Part shown: positions 55,359 to 64,000 of the stretch, piece by piece
Position numbering within the stretch: position 1 is the stretch's first letter
How the letters are laid out: the number at the start of each line of letters is the position of its first letter
Origin: Elusimicrobiota bacterium
GTDB taxonomy: Bacteria; Elusimicrobiota; Elusimicrobia; UBA1565; UBA9628
Direction of reading: 5' to 3'
Assembly: GCA_036676805.1 (NCBI GenBank)
Contig: JAKFCD010000074.1
Coordinates: 40,072 to 104,071, forward strand
DNA length: 64,000 nucleotides
Translations under genes and position numbers: made by a program
The notes under the pieces: generated by a model
What the model was told of the DNA's origin: nothing
Seen by the model: only the letters and a program-made list of their open reading frames with translations
The model's database searches: none

Positions 55359-58300
55359 ATGAAACGATTACTGCTCGTTCTGTCCATTCTCGCGGCCGCG
55401 GCGCCGCCCGCGCGCGCCGACCTCTCGAAGGCGGACGCCCTCTTCGAGAAGCGCCTCTACCAGGAGGCCCTCAAGGAGTACGAGGCGGCTCTCGGGTCCG
55501 CGTCGGGCGAGGAGCGCCTCAAGGCCTTGTACCGGGCGGCCGAATCGGAAGCCCTGTTGTTCCGCTACGCGGAGGCCGCCCGTCGGGTGTTCCCGGAGAA
55601 GCTGCCGCGCGATCCGGCCTGGCGGGGCCGTTTCTTGATCCTGCGCACCGAGCTCGCCCGCGAGTTCCTGAAGCAGTACGGCCGGGCCGCGCCCCAAGAC
55701 TCCGAGGAAGGCGCCGAGGACCTCACGAAGCGCACGCGCCCGGAATGGGAAGCCGATTTGCGGGACGACTATCAGAAGCTGTGGGCCGTGCGCCGGGACC
55801 TCGCCGGTCTTCCGATCGCCGGGGAAAGCTATTTCGTGGACTTGAAGGACGCCGACGCGTCGCTCACGCCGACGCTCTGGGACCTGGCGGTCCTGCGCTG
55901 GACCGGCTATCTTCTCGGCGAGGCCACGTCGGAGCCGGGGAAGAACCCGCCCGGGCTCTCTTTTCTCGTCGAGAGCTACGCGGGGCGCTACGCCCCGGAC
56001 GCGCCGCTCGCCGTCCAGGCCGGGGCCGTTCTCGAGGAGGCCGCCGGCATGGGCGGCGATGGACGCGAAGCGGTCCGCGAGAGCTGGCGGCTCCAGCGCC
56101 TGCTGATCCCGTTCCGCCATTCGGACAACGTCGCCGGCTTCCCGGATCACCCGGCCGCGCGCAAGGCGGCCGTCGCCCTGCTGCGCGGCTGGATGGGCTC
56201 CCTTCGGACCCCCGACGCGAAGGCCGAGGCCGGCCACGAGGCGGCCCTGCTGCTCCACGCCGGCGGCAGCCCCTCCGAGGCCGTCGCTCTTTGCAAGACC
56301 GTGGAGGGAAGCTGGCCCCAGACCCGCTCGGCCAAGGCCGCCGCGAAATTGCGCGCCCAGATCGAGCTGCCGATGCTGTCGGTCACGGGGCGCTTCTCGC
56401 CGCCTCCCGGCAAGGATATCCTGCGCCTGTCCACGCGCAACCTCGAGCGCGTTCACGTCTTCCTGCACCTCGTCGAGCCCGAGGAGCTCGCCGAGCTCTC
56501 CCGCCGCCGCGGCGACGATTGGTCGGCCCTGCGCAACCCCGATAACGAGCTGGTCAAATCCTTCCTCGCGGAGCGCTCTCCCGTCGCGCGCTTCTCCGTC
56601 GACACCAAGGCGCCGTCCCCTCATCAGCAGGTCGAGACGCCGGCGGTCCCGCCGGCGCTGACGGCCGGCATCTATCTCGCGATCGCGAGCAACGACGTCC
56701 GGCCCAAGCCCGGCTCGTCCTTGATCTCCGCGGTGTTCGTCAACGTGACCGAGCTGTTCCTGCTCGGCTCGGCCGGGCCCAAGGGTCCCGAGCGCGATTT
56801 CATCTTCGACCCCGCCGGGCCCCGGGAGCGAACCGTCGCCGGCTTCCATCTGTACGCGCTCGACGCCCGCACCGGCGCCCCCGCGCGCGGCGCCCGCATC
56901 GACGCGTTCAAGCGCACGAACTGGGGGCAGATCGAGCGGCACTCGCTGACGACCGACGACGCCGGCGTCGCCGAGGTCCCCGCGACCGTGAGCCTGATCT
57001 ACGGCGACAGCCGGAGCTTCTCGCTCGACCCGCTCGCCCGCTCGGGCGCCAGCCGCGCGTACTGGCAGAATCCGTCCCATTTCAACGCCGGCGTCCCGGC
57101 CCCCGTCGAGCTGCACCTGGAGACCGACCGCCCCATCTACCGCCCCGGCCAGACCGTGCGGGTCAAGACCACGGTCCTGCGACGCCTGCCGCGCGGCTAT
57201 AAGGTCTACGACGGGACCTCCAAGCTGACGGTGCGGCTCAACGACGCCAACGGCCAGGAGCTGTGCAAGGCCGAGCCGAAGCTCAACGCCATGGGCTCCG
57301 CCTCGGTCTCGTGCTCGATACCGACCGGGCGTCTTCTCGGCCGGTACTCGGCGCAGGCGACGCTCGGCGACTTCGAGCGGAACTTCTCCGGCCGCCTGGC
57401 CTTCGCCGTCGAGGAGTACAAGCGTCCCGAGTTCGAGGTGAAGGTCGACGAGAGCACCGGCATCTGGCGCTACGGCCGGGCGGTGTCGGTGGGGGGCGAG
57501 GCGAAGTACTATTTCGGCGGGGTCGTCCCGGACGCGCCGGTGACCTACAAAGTGACGCGCTCCGTGCACATCCCGTGGTTCTGCTGGTGGTGGCGGTGGC
57601 AGTGGGGAAATCGGGGCGCCTCCGAGGTCGCCTCGGGCCGGGTCAAGACGGGGGACGACGGCAAGTTCTCCTTCCCGTTCACGCCTCAGCCGTATGACCC
57701 CTCCGCGAAGAACGCCCCGCCCTCGCGCTTCACCGTCTCGGTCGAATCGCGCGACCCTGGGGGCAGGACCATCACGGCCGAGCGCTCCTTCACCGCCGGG
57801 GACAAGTCCGTCCTCCTCGCCATCGAGCCGCCGGCCGGGTTCGCCCGCGCCGGCAAGCCTCACGCGGTGGCGCTCAAGCTCTTGAACCTCAACGAGAAGA
57901 CGCGGGACGGAACCGGCTCCTACACGCTGTACCGCCTGACCCAGGACCCTCCCATGGACGGCGGCGAGGCGCAGTGGGGAGGCCGCTTCGCGGAGAACAC
58001 GCCGCTCGAGCAGCTCTACAAGGATGTGCCCAACGGCCCCGAGGCCGCCGCGGGCAAGCTGCGCTTCTCCAAGGACAGGCCGGTCTTCGCGGGGCTGCCG
58101 GGCCTCGCCGAGGGCGCCTACCGCCTCGTCGTGCGCGCCGACGACCCCGCCGGCGGGACCGTCGAGCAGTCGGTGATCGTGCTGTCGGCGGGGAACGGGA
58201 AGTCCCTGCGCCTGCCCGCGGTCTCGCTCGCCGAGCAGGGGACCGCGCTGCGCGGCGAGACGGCGCGCCTGCTCCTGGGCTCCGCCGGGCTCTCGAAGCA

Positions 58301-61300
58301 GATGATCGTCGAGATCTGGGGCGGTTCGTCCATGCTCGAGCGCCGCGTGCTCGGCGGCGGCGGCGTGCGGGTCCTCGAGGTCCCGGTGACCGACGACCAC
58401 AAGGGCGGCTTCACCGTACGCTGGTTCGGCGCCCGGGACTTCAAGATTCGTTCAGGTCAGGCCCGCGTGGAGGTGCCGTGGAAGGACCGCGAGCTGTTCG
58501 TGAAGCTGCGCCACGACGCGGTGATGAAGCCGGGCCAGAACGTGCGCTGGTCGCTGTCCGTGTCCGACCGCGACGGCAAGCCCGCGTCGGGCGAGGCGGC
58601 GGTGCGGGTGTATGACCGCTCGCTCGAGTACTACGCCGGCGCCGCCGGGGCTTGGACCGCGGGCCTCTACCCCGCGCGTCGGAACTATTCGCCCGCGCAG
58701 GGCTCCTTGTTCATCCCCTACGGCCGGCAGCTCCCCGTCGACGAGGGCTGGGTCAGGAGGATGATGGACCTGTATCATCAGGCGATCCGCGAGCCCGTGG
58801 CGCCGGGCCTCAGAATCAACCGCAGCCGCGTCTACGGCGGGCGGTTCTCCGGCATGAAGATGTACGCCCCCGGCTCCGTCGCCGCCGTCAGGGGCGCGAT
58901 GTCGGAAGAATCCTACGATATGGCCGGCGGCGGTCTGGCGGCGGCCTCTCCCGCGGCCGAGGCTTCTATGATGCGGGGGAAGAGCAGTCGCAATGAGATG
59001 GAGCAGGATAAGAAGGAGTCCGCCCCGAAGCCGTCGGAGCCGCCCGTCGCGGCGCGCAAGGACTTCTCCGAGACGGCCTACTTCGAGCCGCACCTGAGCG
59101 TGAAGAACGGCAAGGCCTTCTTCGCCTTCAAGGCGCCGGAGCGCCTGACGAGCTGGAAGACGAGCGCCGTCGTGCTCACGCGCGACGTCAAGCGCGGCGG
59201 CGTCTCGGCCGAATCGGTGACGCGCAAGGACCTGATGGTGCGCGTCGAGATGCCCCGCTTCTACCGCGAGGGCGACGAGGGCCTGCTGCAGGCCGTCGTG
59301 CACAACGAGACGGGCGCGCCCATGACGGGCGAAGTGACCTTGCTCGTCACCGAGGACGGCAAGGACGCGGCGTCCAAGCTCGGTCTCTCGGGGACCGTCG
59401 TCGGGTTCACGGCGAAGCCTCACGGCATCGCGCCGCTGTCGTGGACCGTGAAGGCCCCGCGCGGCATGACCACGTTCTCGGTCCGCGCCGTGGCCCGCGC
59501 CGGGGCGTTGGCCGACGCCGAGGAGCGCGAGCTCCCGATTCTTCCTTCACGCGAGAGGCTCATCGAGACGGCCTTCGCCGTGCTCGACGGCGAGACGCGC
59601 AAGGTCCTGGCCCTGCCGGCCTGGACCGAGCCCGATTCCACGCGCGAGCACGAGTCGGTCCACGTGCAGGTGGATCCTCAGCTGGCTTTGATCGTCCTAA
59701 ACAGCCTGCCGTCGCTGGTCCATTATCCCTACGAGTGCACCGAGCAGCTGCTCAACCGCTACGTCCCGCTCGCCATCGTCAACGCCTTCTACCGGAAGTA
59801 TCCGGCGCTGGCCGCGGCGGCCAAGAAGATCCCCAAGCGCAGGACGGTCACGCCCGCCTGGGACCGCTCCGATCCGCGGCGCCTGACGCGGCTGATGGAG
59901 TCGCCGTGGGAGGAAAAGTCGAAGGGCCGGGCCGCCCATTGGCCGATCATCGACATGTTCGACCCCAGGACGGTGCAGGCCGAGCTCGCCGACTCGCTGG
60001 GCAAGCTCAAGAGCTATCAGCTCGGCGACGGGAGCTTCCCCTGGTTCCCCGGCGGACGCCCGAGTCCGTACATGACCTTGCTCGTCCTCGCGGGCTTCGC
60101 CGAGGCCCAACGCTACGGCGTGACGCCTCCGGCGGAGGTGGTCTCGAAGGCGCTGGCTTACACGAACAACGAGATTCCCCGGCACCTCAAGCCCGAGGAA
60201 GGCGAGCTCGCGCTGATCCTGTACGCGGCCTACACCGTCACCTCGTTCCCTCGGACGATGCCCGGCGCCGAGCAGGGCTGGCGCTTCGCCAAGGTCTGGG
60301 CGGACTACGCCGACAAGCACACCGACGCGCTGACGCCCTTCGGCCGCGGCTACGCGGCCTACGTGTACTGGCGCTTGGGCGAGAAGGCGAAGGCGGACCT
60401 TTACCTCGCGCGCGCCCTGGACGGCATACGCACCGATCCGATCGCCGGCACCTACTGGGCGCCGGAGAAGATCTCCTGGCTGTGGTACAACGACACGGTC
60501 GAGAAGCACGCCTTCTTCCTGCGTACCTTGCTGACGCTCAGGCCCAAGGATCCGCGCATCCCCGGGATGGTGCAGTGGCTGCTCTTCAACCGCAAGGGCA
60601 ACGAGTGGAAGTCCACCAAGGCCTCGGCCGCGGCGATCTACTCCTTGCTCGACGTGCTCAAGTCGCGCGGCGCGCTCGACAAGGGCGACGGCTACAAGAT
60701 CAAGTGGGGCGGCGAGACCGAAACCGCCCAGGTCGAGCCGCTCGACTGGCTCTCACAGCCCCTGCGCTGGAGCCGCTCGGGGGCCGAGGTCAAGGAGACC
60801 CACGGCAAGGCAGTCATCGACAAGACCGGGCCCGGCTTCGGCTTCGCCTCCCTGACCTGGATCTACAGCACCGACAAGCCGCCCAAGGCCTCGGGGCCGG
60901 GGATGATGGAGTTGGAGCGGACCTACTTCCGCCGCGACAAGGCGGGCGACGGTTATAAGCTCTTTCCGCTGAAGTCCGGAGACGCCGTCGCCGTCGGCGA
61001 CCAGATCGAGGTGCGCCTGACGGTCAAGACGCGCTCGCAGTTCGAGTACGTGCACTTGAAGGACCCGCGCGGCGCCGGGTTCGAGGGCGAGGAGCTGCGC
61101 TCGGGCTGGAAGTGGGACCGGCTCTCGCGCTACGAGGAGCCGCGCGACTCTCTGACGAACTTCTTCATGGACTGGACGCCCCACGGGGAGTACAAGCTCT
61201 CCTACCGCGTCCGCCCCACGACGCCGGGGACCTACCGCATCGGCGCGGCCGTGCTCCAGTCTATGTACGCGCCGGAGATGACGGCGCACTCGGACGGCAT

Positions 61301-61322
61301 GATCCTGAAGGTCCGCCCTTAG
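55359..61322 (+). CDS. alpha-2-macroglobulin family protein with an intact thioester motif
   Basis: The start MKRLLLVLSILAAAAPPARADLSK is a signal peptide. The protein is 1987 aa, with multiple MG-like domains and the thioester HYPYECTEQLLNRY. The 72-aa upstream extension in the table is rejected. Confidence 0.9.
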   Translation: MKRLLLVLSILAAAAPPARADLSKADALFEKRLYQEALKEYEAALGSASGEERLKALYRAAESEALLFRYAEAARRVFPEKLPRDPAWRGRFLILRTELAREFLKQYGRAAPQDSEEGAEDLTKRTRPEWEADLRDDYQKLWAVRRDLAGLPIAGESYFVDLKDADASLTPTLWDLAVLRWTGYLLGEATSEPGKNPPGLSFLVESYAGRYAPDAPLAVQAGAVLEEAAGMGGDGREAVRESWRLQRLLIPFRHSDNVAGFPDHPAARKAAVALLRGWMGSLRTPDAKAEAGHEAALLLHAGGSPSEAVALCKTVEGSWPQTRSAKAAAKLRAQIELPMLSVTGRFSPPPGKDILRLSTRNLERVHVFLHLVEPEELAELSRRRGDDWSALRNPDNELVKSFLAERSPVARFSVDTKAPSPHQQVETPAVPPALTAGIYLAIASNDVRPKPGSSLISAVFVNVTELFLLGSAGPKGPERDFIFDPAGPRERTVAGFHLYALDARTGAPARGARIDAFKRTNWGQIERHSLTTDDAGVAEVPATVSLIYGDSRSFSLDPLARSGASRAYWQNPSHFNAGVPAPVELHLETDRPIYRPGQTVRVKTTVLRRLPRGYKVYDGTSKLTVRLNDANGQELCKAEPKLNAMGSASVSCSIPTGRLLGRYSAQATLGDFERNFSGRLAFAVEEYKRPEFEVKVDESTGIWRYGRAVSVGGEAKYYFGGVVPDAPVTYKVTRSVHIPWFCWWWRWQWGNRGASEVASGRVKTGDDGKFSFPFTPQPYDPSAKNAPPSRFTVSVESRDPGGRTITAERSFTAGDKSVLLAIEPPAGFARAGKPHAVALKLLNLNEKTRDGTGSYTLYRLTQDPPMDGGEAQWGGRFAENTPLEQLYKDVPNGPEAAAGKLRFSKDRPVFAGLPGLAEGAYRLVVRADDPAGGTVEQSVIVLSAGNGKSLRLPAVSLAEQGTALRGETARLLLGSAGLSKQMIVEIWGGSSMLERRVLGGGGVRVLEVPVTDDHKGGFTVRWFGARDFKIRSGQARVEVPWKDRELFVKLRHDAVMKPGQNVRWSLSVSDRDGKPASGEAAVRVYDRSLEYYAGAAGAWTAGLYPARRNYSPAQGSLFIPYGRQLPVDEGWVRRMMDLYHQAIREPVAPGLRINRSRVYGGRFSGMKMYAPGSVAAVRGAMSEESYDMAGGGLAAASPAAEASMMRGKSSRNEMEQDKKESAPKPSEPPVAARKDFSETAYFEPHLSVKNGKAFFAFKAPERLTSWKTSAVVLTRDVKRGGVSAESVTRKDLMVRVEMPRFYREGDEGLLQAVVHNETGAPMTGEVTLLVTEDGKDAASKLGLSGTVVGFTAKPHGIAPLSWTVKAPRGMTTFSVRAVARAGALADAEERELPILPSRERLIETAFAVLDGETRKVLALPAWTEPDSTREHESVHVQVDPQLALIVLNSLPSLVHYPYECTEQLLNRYVPLAIVNAFYRKYPALAAAAKKIPKRRTVTPAWDRSDPRRLTRLMESPWEEKSKGRAAHWPIIDMFDPRTVQAELADSLGKLKSYQLGDGSFPWFPGGRPSPYMTLLVLAGFAEAQRYGVTPPAEVVSKALAYTNNEIPRHLKPEEGELALILYAAYTVTSFPRTMPGAEQGWRFAKVWADYADKHTDALTPFGRGYAAYVYWRLGEKAKADLYLARALDGIRTDPIAGTYWAPEKISWLWYNDTVEKHAFFLRTLLTLRPKDPRIPGMVQWLLFNRKGNEWKSTKASAAAIYSLLDVLKSRGALDKGDGYKIKWGGETETAQVEPLDWLSQPLRWSRSGAEVKETHGKAVIDKTGPGFGFASLTWIYSTDKPPKASGPGMMELERTYFRRDKAGDGYKLFPLKSGDAVAVGDQIEVRLTVKTRSQFEYVHLKDPRGAGFEGEELRSGWKWDRLSRYEEPRDSLTNFFMDWTPHGEYKLSYRVRPTTPGTYRIGAAVLQSMYAPEMTAHSDGMILKVRP

Positions 61323-61331
61323 ACCCAGACG

Positions 61332-61350
61332 GCTGTTTCTGGAAACAGTT
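61332..61350. promoter_or_regulatory. palindromic motif gCTGTttctggaaACAGtt (CTGT-N8-ACAG), copy 2
   Basis: It starts 10 nt after the A2M stop. It is the reverse complement of copy 1 over 18 bp (AACTGTTTCCAGAAACAG). Confidence 0.5.
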
Positions 61351-61352
61351 CA

Positions 61353-61382
61353 GGACGGACTCGCGCCGGTGCGAGTTCGTCC
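61353..61382. terminator. GC-rich hairpin between the convergent A2M and MFS genes
   Basis: GGACGGACTCGC-gccggt-GCGAGTTCGTCC has a 12-bp stem with one G.T pair. The last stem base is the first base of the MFS stop codon. Confidence 0.5.
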
Positions 61383-62569
61383 TAGACCTTCAGATGCTCT
61401 TCCTCGACCGAGGAGGCCCAGGCGCAGGCGAGGATGGCCGCGCCGAGGGCGGCGAAGGTCCAGCCGAGCGAGAGCTTGGTGAGCAGGCCCACCGTGGGCA
61501 GGAGGACGACCCCGATCAGCTGGCGGCCCATGCTCACGGCGGACAGCACCGTGGCGCGCCGCGGGCTGTCGACGTGCTTGTTCAAGTAGTTGGCGATGAG
61601 CACCGCGCGCGAAAGCCCGAAGGCCGGGATCGCGACGAACAGCGCGACCGCGGCCCACGGGTTCGTCGCGAACGGAAGGGCCAGGAACGCCAGGCCCGGG
61701 ATCACCGCGCTCCAGAGCAGGTAGCGGCGCGTTCCGCCGAAGAAGCGCTCGACCCGCTCGATGCCGCCCATGATCGCGATCTGCGCCAAGGTCATCGCCG
61801 CGGTGACGAAGCCGTACGCGCCGATGCCGACCCCGAGCTCCTTGAGGCGCGGCTGGAACAGCCAGATCGCCATGAAGGACAGCATCCAGATCGTGACCGA
61901 GTCGAAGGCCAGCGCGCGCAGGGGCTTGTGCGAGGCGAAGTAGCGCACGCCGCGCGTCAGTACCTCGCGGTAGCCGGGCCGGGCGTTTTCCTCGCCCGTC
62001 GGAGGCTCGGTCATGGTCAGGCTCAGCGCCAGGCCGAGGCAAAAAGGGACCAGCATCGCGATCAGCGGGGCGTTGAGGCCCCAGCGCGCGGCCAGCAGGC
62101 TGCCCATCGGGGCGGCGAACGCGATCGCGCCGATCTCGAAGGAGGACAGGCGCGAGAGCGTCCTTTGGGAGAGGTGCTCGTCGCCCGAGGCCTTGAGGCT
62201 GTCGTAGGCGAGGGCCTCGGAGGCGCCGGAGGAGAACGCGGCCGCGGCCGCCCAGATGAACTCCGCCATAAGGTAGCGCGGCATCCCTTTTCCGGAGGCG
62301 TACAGCGCGGTCGCCGTGATGAGGCAGACGCTCGCCGCGACGACCGAGGCCTTTCGTCCGTACCTGTCGGCCACGGCCCCGGTCGGCACCTCGAGCAGGA
62401 ATATCCAGAGGAAGAACCAGGCTTGGAGCAGGAACATCTGGTTCAAGCTCAGCCCGCCCCAGTCGGTGAAGTAGGGGACGAGCACGCCCGCGAAGAAGTG
62501 CATATGCATCAGCGCGCGCCAAAGATACATGCGTCGCACGTTTTGGCGCCAGGCTTCTTTTAAGGTCAA
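61382..62569 (-). CDS. MFS transporter
   Basis: 395 aa with 12 predicted TM helices. The MFS loop motif reads GAVADRYGRK. Confidence 0.85.
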   Translation of the reverse strand: MTLKEAWRQNVRRMYLWRALMHMHFFAGVLVPYFTDWGGLSLNQMFLLQAWFFLWIFLLEVPTGAVADRYGRKASVVAASVCLITATALYASGKGMPRYLMAEFIWAAAAAFSSGASEALAYDSLKASGDEHLSQRTLSRLSSFEIGAIAFAAPMGSLLAARWGLNAPLIAMLVPFCLGLALSLTMTEPPTGEENARPGYREVLTRGVRYFASHKPLRALAFDSVTIWMLSFMAIWLFQPRLKELGVGIGAYGFVTAAMTLAQIAIMGGIERVERFFGGTRRYLLWSAVIPGLAFLALPFATNPWAAVALFVAIPAFGLSRAVLIANYLNKHVDSPRRATVLSAVSMGRQLIGVVLLPTVGLLTKLSLGWTFAALGAAILACAWASSVEEEHLKV

Positions 62570-63321
62570 GCCAGCTTGACCTTGAAAGGCGAAACACGCC
62601 GTTCTTTTTTATGCATGACCGTGCCGGTCAAAAGCCGCACCACCGTGGCCGTTCCGTGCCGTACCGCGAAGCGGCATTCGAAGTCGTAAAGAAAAAACCC
62701 AAGCTCCAAGCCCTCCTTATTCTGAGCTTTGTCTCGAGGGTTTCTCAAATCTTGGCCGAGAATGTCCGTCATAAGGCCGCTCAATCCGTTGACGTTCAAT
62801 CTTTTCTCGGCCCGCTCGATGTCCCGAGCCGCCGAAGGCGAAATGTCGACGTTTAATGAGGGAAAAGGGGCGTCATTCACCCACCCCGCGCTCGCGCCCT
62901 GCGCGACGTCCCACTCCGGAATGTACGGCTTGACGTCGAGAATCGGCGTCCCGTCCACGAGATCGATCCCCGCGAGCTGCACCGTCGCGCCCTCGACCGC
63001 CACGAGCCGCGCCAGCGACAGCCCTATCGGGCTCGGCCGGTGCGGCGACCTCGACGCGAAGAGCCCCACGCTCTCTCCCTTGAGCCGCGGCGGATGGATC
63101 TTGGGCCTTATCGTCTTGTTCGTGTTGAGATGAAAGTAGGAGATCAGCCACACGTGGGTGAAGCGCGCGAGGCCCGCGAGGGAGTGCTCCGGCAGGAACT
63201 CGCGCGCGATCGTCAGGGTCGCGGTCGCCCCCGGCGCGAGCTGCGGCTGGCGCGGCGTGCCGAACTTCTCGCGGAAGCAGGAGCGCAGCTTGCCGATGAC
63301 GCGCAGAGGCTGGGAGGCCAA
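62566..63321 (-). CDS. trmO: tRNA (adenine37-N6)-methyltransferase TrmO (TsaA/YaeB family)
   Basis: 251 aa. It has LRVIGKLRSCFREKFGTPRQP, GLFASRSPHRPSPIGLS and GTPILDVKPYIP. Its stop overlaps the MFS start (ATGA). Confidence 0.85.
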   Translation of the reverse strand: MASQPLRVIGKLRSCFREKFGTPRQPQLAPGATATLTIAREFLPEHSLAGLARFTHVWLISYFHLNTNKTIRPKIHPPRLKGESVGLFASRSPHRPSPIGLSLARLVAVEGATVQLAGIDLVDGTPILDVKPYIPEWDVAQGASAGWVNDAPFPSLNVDISPSAARDIERAEKRLNVNGLSGLMTDILGQDLRNPRDKAQNKEGLELGFFLYDFECRFAVRHGTATVVRLLTGTVMHKKERRVSPFKVKLA

Positions 63322-63322
63322 C

Positions 63323-63646
63323 TTACGAATCGACCTGCTCGAGGAGTTCGGCCTTGTCGTTGAAGACGAGGAAGGACGCCTTCTCCCCGGCGGCGACGGC
63401 GGCCTCCTTGCCGGCGTAGGCGGCCTCCACCGCCTCCGGCTGCTTCTCGAAGTCGCCGAGCCAGCGCAGCAGGCCCCCCCGGTCGCGCCGGGCGGCGCGG
63501 AACCATTTCGGCTCGATCGGGCGCTCGGCGAAGAGGGCCGCGGCCTCCGGCGCGGGGACGTGGGGGCTGCTCTTCTTCAGCCACAGCACGACGAGCCAGG
63601 CGAAGAACAAGGGCAGGACGATCCAATAGATCAGAGGGAAAAACAT
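63323..63646 (-). CDS. small N-terminally membrane-anchored protein (hypothetical)
   Basis: 107 aa. The N-terminus MFFPLIYWIVLPLFFAWLVVLWL is hydrophobic. GC3 is strongly coding-like. Confidence 0.5.
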   Translation of the reverse strand: MFFPLIYWIVLPLFFAWLVVLWLKKSSPHVPAPEAAALFAERPIEPKWFRAARRDRGGLLRWLGDFEKQPEAVEAAYAGKEAAVAAGEKASFLVFNDKAELLEQVDS

Positions 63647-63659
63647 GGCGGTTCCTGGA

Positions 63660-63986
63660 TCAGCGAGAGGCGGCGAGCGGGGCGGGCGCTTGCAAGCCCG
63701 CTTCCTCGGCCGCGGCCTTCGCCTTGTCCATGAACATTTTAGCCGATGCGGGGGTGCTCGCGCGAGCGGCGAGCACGCGGTAGGCGTGGACGCGGAAGGC
63801 GGGCCAGCGCTCGCGCTGCTCGGCGAGGAAGGCCTTGAAGTAGGGATCGCCCACGATCGCGTTTTTCTCGTACATGCCGGCGACGGATTCGAGGAAGCCG
63901 TCGAGGTCGGCGGCCGCGTCGGTGATCATCCACCGGCCGTGGTCGCCGCGAGGCTCGCCCGTCTCGAGCTCCGCGATGAGGAACAA
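63660..63986 (-). CDS. hypothetical protein (possibly 5'-truncated; the ORF may extend beyond the first Met toward the window edge)
   Basis: Coding-like GC3. The sequence runs MFLIAELETGEPRGDHGRWM...KAKAAAEEAG. I recognise no family. Confidence 0.4.
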   Translation of the reverse strand: MFLIAELETGEPRGDHGRWMITDAAADLDGFLESVAGMYEKNAIVGDPYFKAFLAEQRERWPAFRVHAYRVLAARASTPASAKMFMDKAKAAAEEAGLQAPAPLAASR

Positions 63987-64000
63987 AGTCTGGCGGAGAA

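Overview
This is a 64-kb window of a gene-dense, roughly 70% GC bacterial chromosome. The phylum cannot be determined from the sequence alone; T9SS-type cargo and PorV-like barrels weakly hint at an FCB-group-like or candidate lineage. I call about 49 protein genes and one tRNA-Arg. I see no CRISPR array, integrase, transposase or prophage genes. Many of the long ORFs in the six-frame track are antisense or alternate-frame shadows of real genes, which is typical for high GC3, and I rejected them. Main contents, in order of position: (1) a four-gene operon whose junctions are all ATGA overlaps: FecR-domain protein, then a 1747-aa beta-propeller plus Ig-repeat surface protein with a T9SS-type C-terminal domain, then a PorV/PorQ-like outer-membrane barrel, then a second outer-membrane barrel; (2) cspA with a consensus sigma70 promoter and a strong terminator; (3) a peptidase-rich stretch (DPP III-like, M1, M20, M4/M36-like, HtrA); (4) an ECF sigma/anti-sigma pair upstream of a secreted VIT-VWA protein, next to scoAB and metK; (5) a large mannose-activation cluster (PMM, two NDP-sugar pyrophosphorylases, a cupin) together with three GT39/ArnT-like GT-C enzymes, a GT2-methyltransferase fusion and two more methyltransferases; (6) lptF/lptG; (7) an alpha-2-macroglobulin with an intact CTEQ thioester motif, divergent from a membrane-fused spermidine-synthase-like protein. 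Unusual sequence-level items: an 18-bp CTGT-N8-ACAG palindrome present identically at two distant intergenic sites, each next to a GC hairpin; a triple palindrome (GGGGTC-N-GACCCC, about 30-bp spacing) in a divergent promoter; a 0.8-kb island at about 50% GC; a tRNA-Arg whose anticodon reads GCG; and eleven ATGA/GTGA stop-start overlaps.
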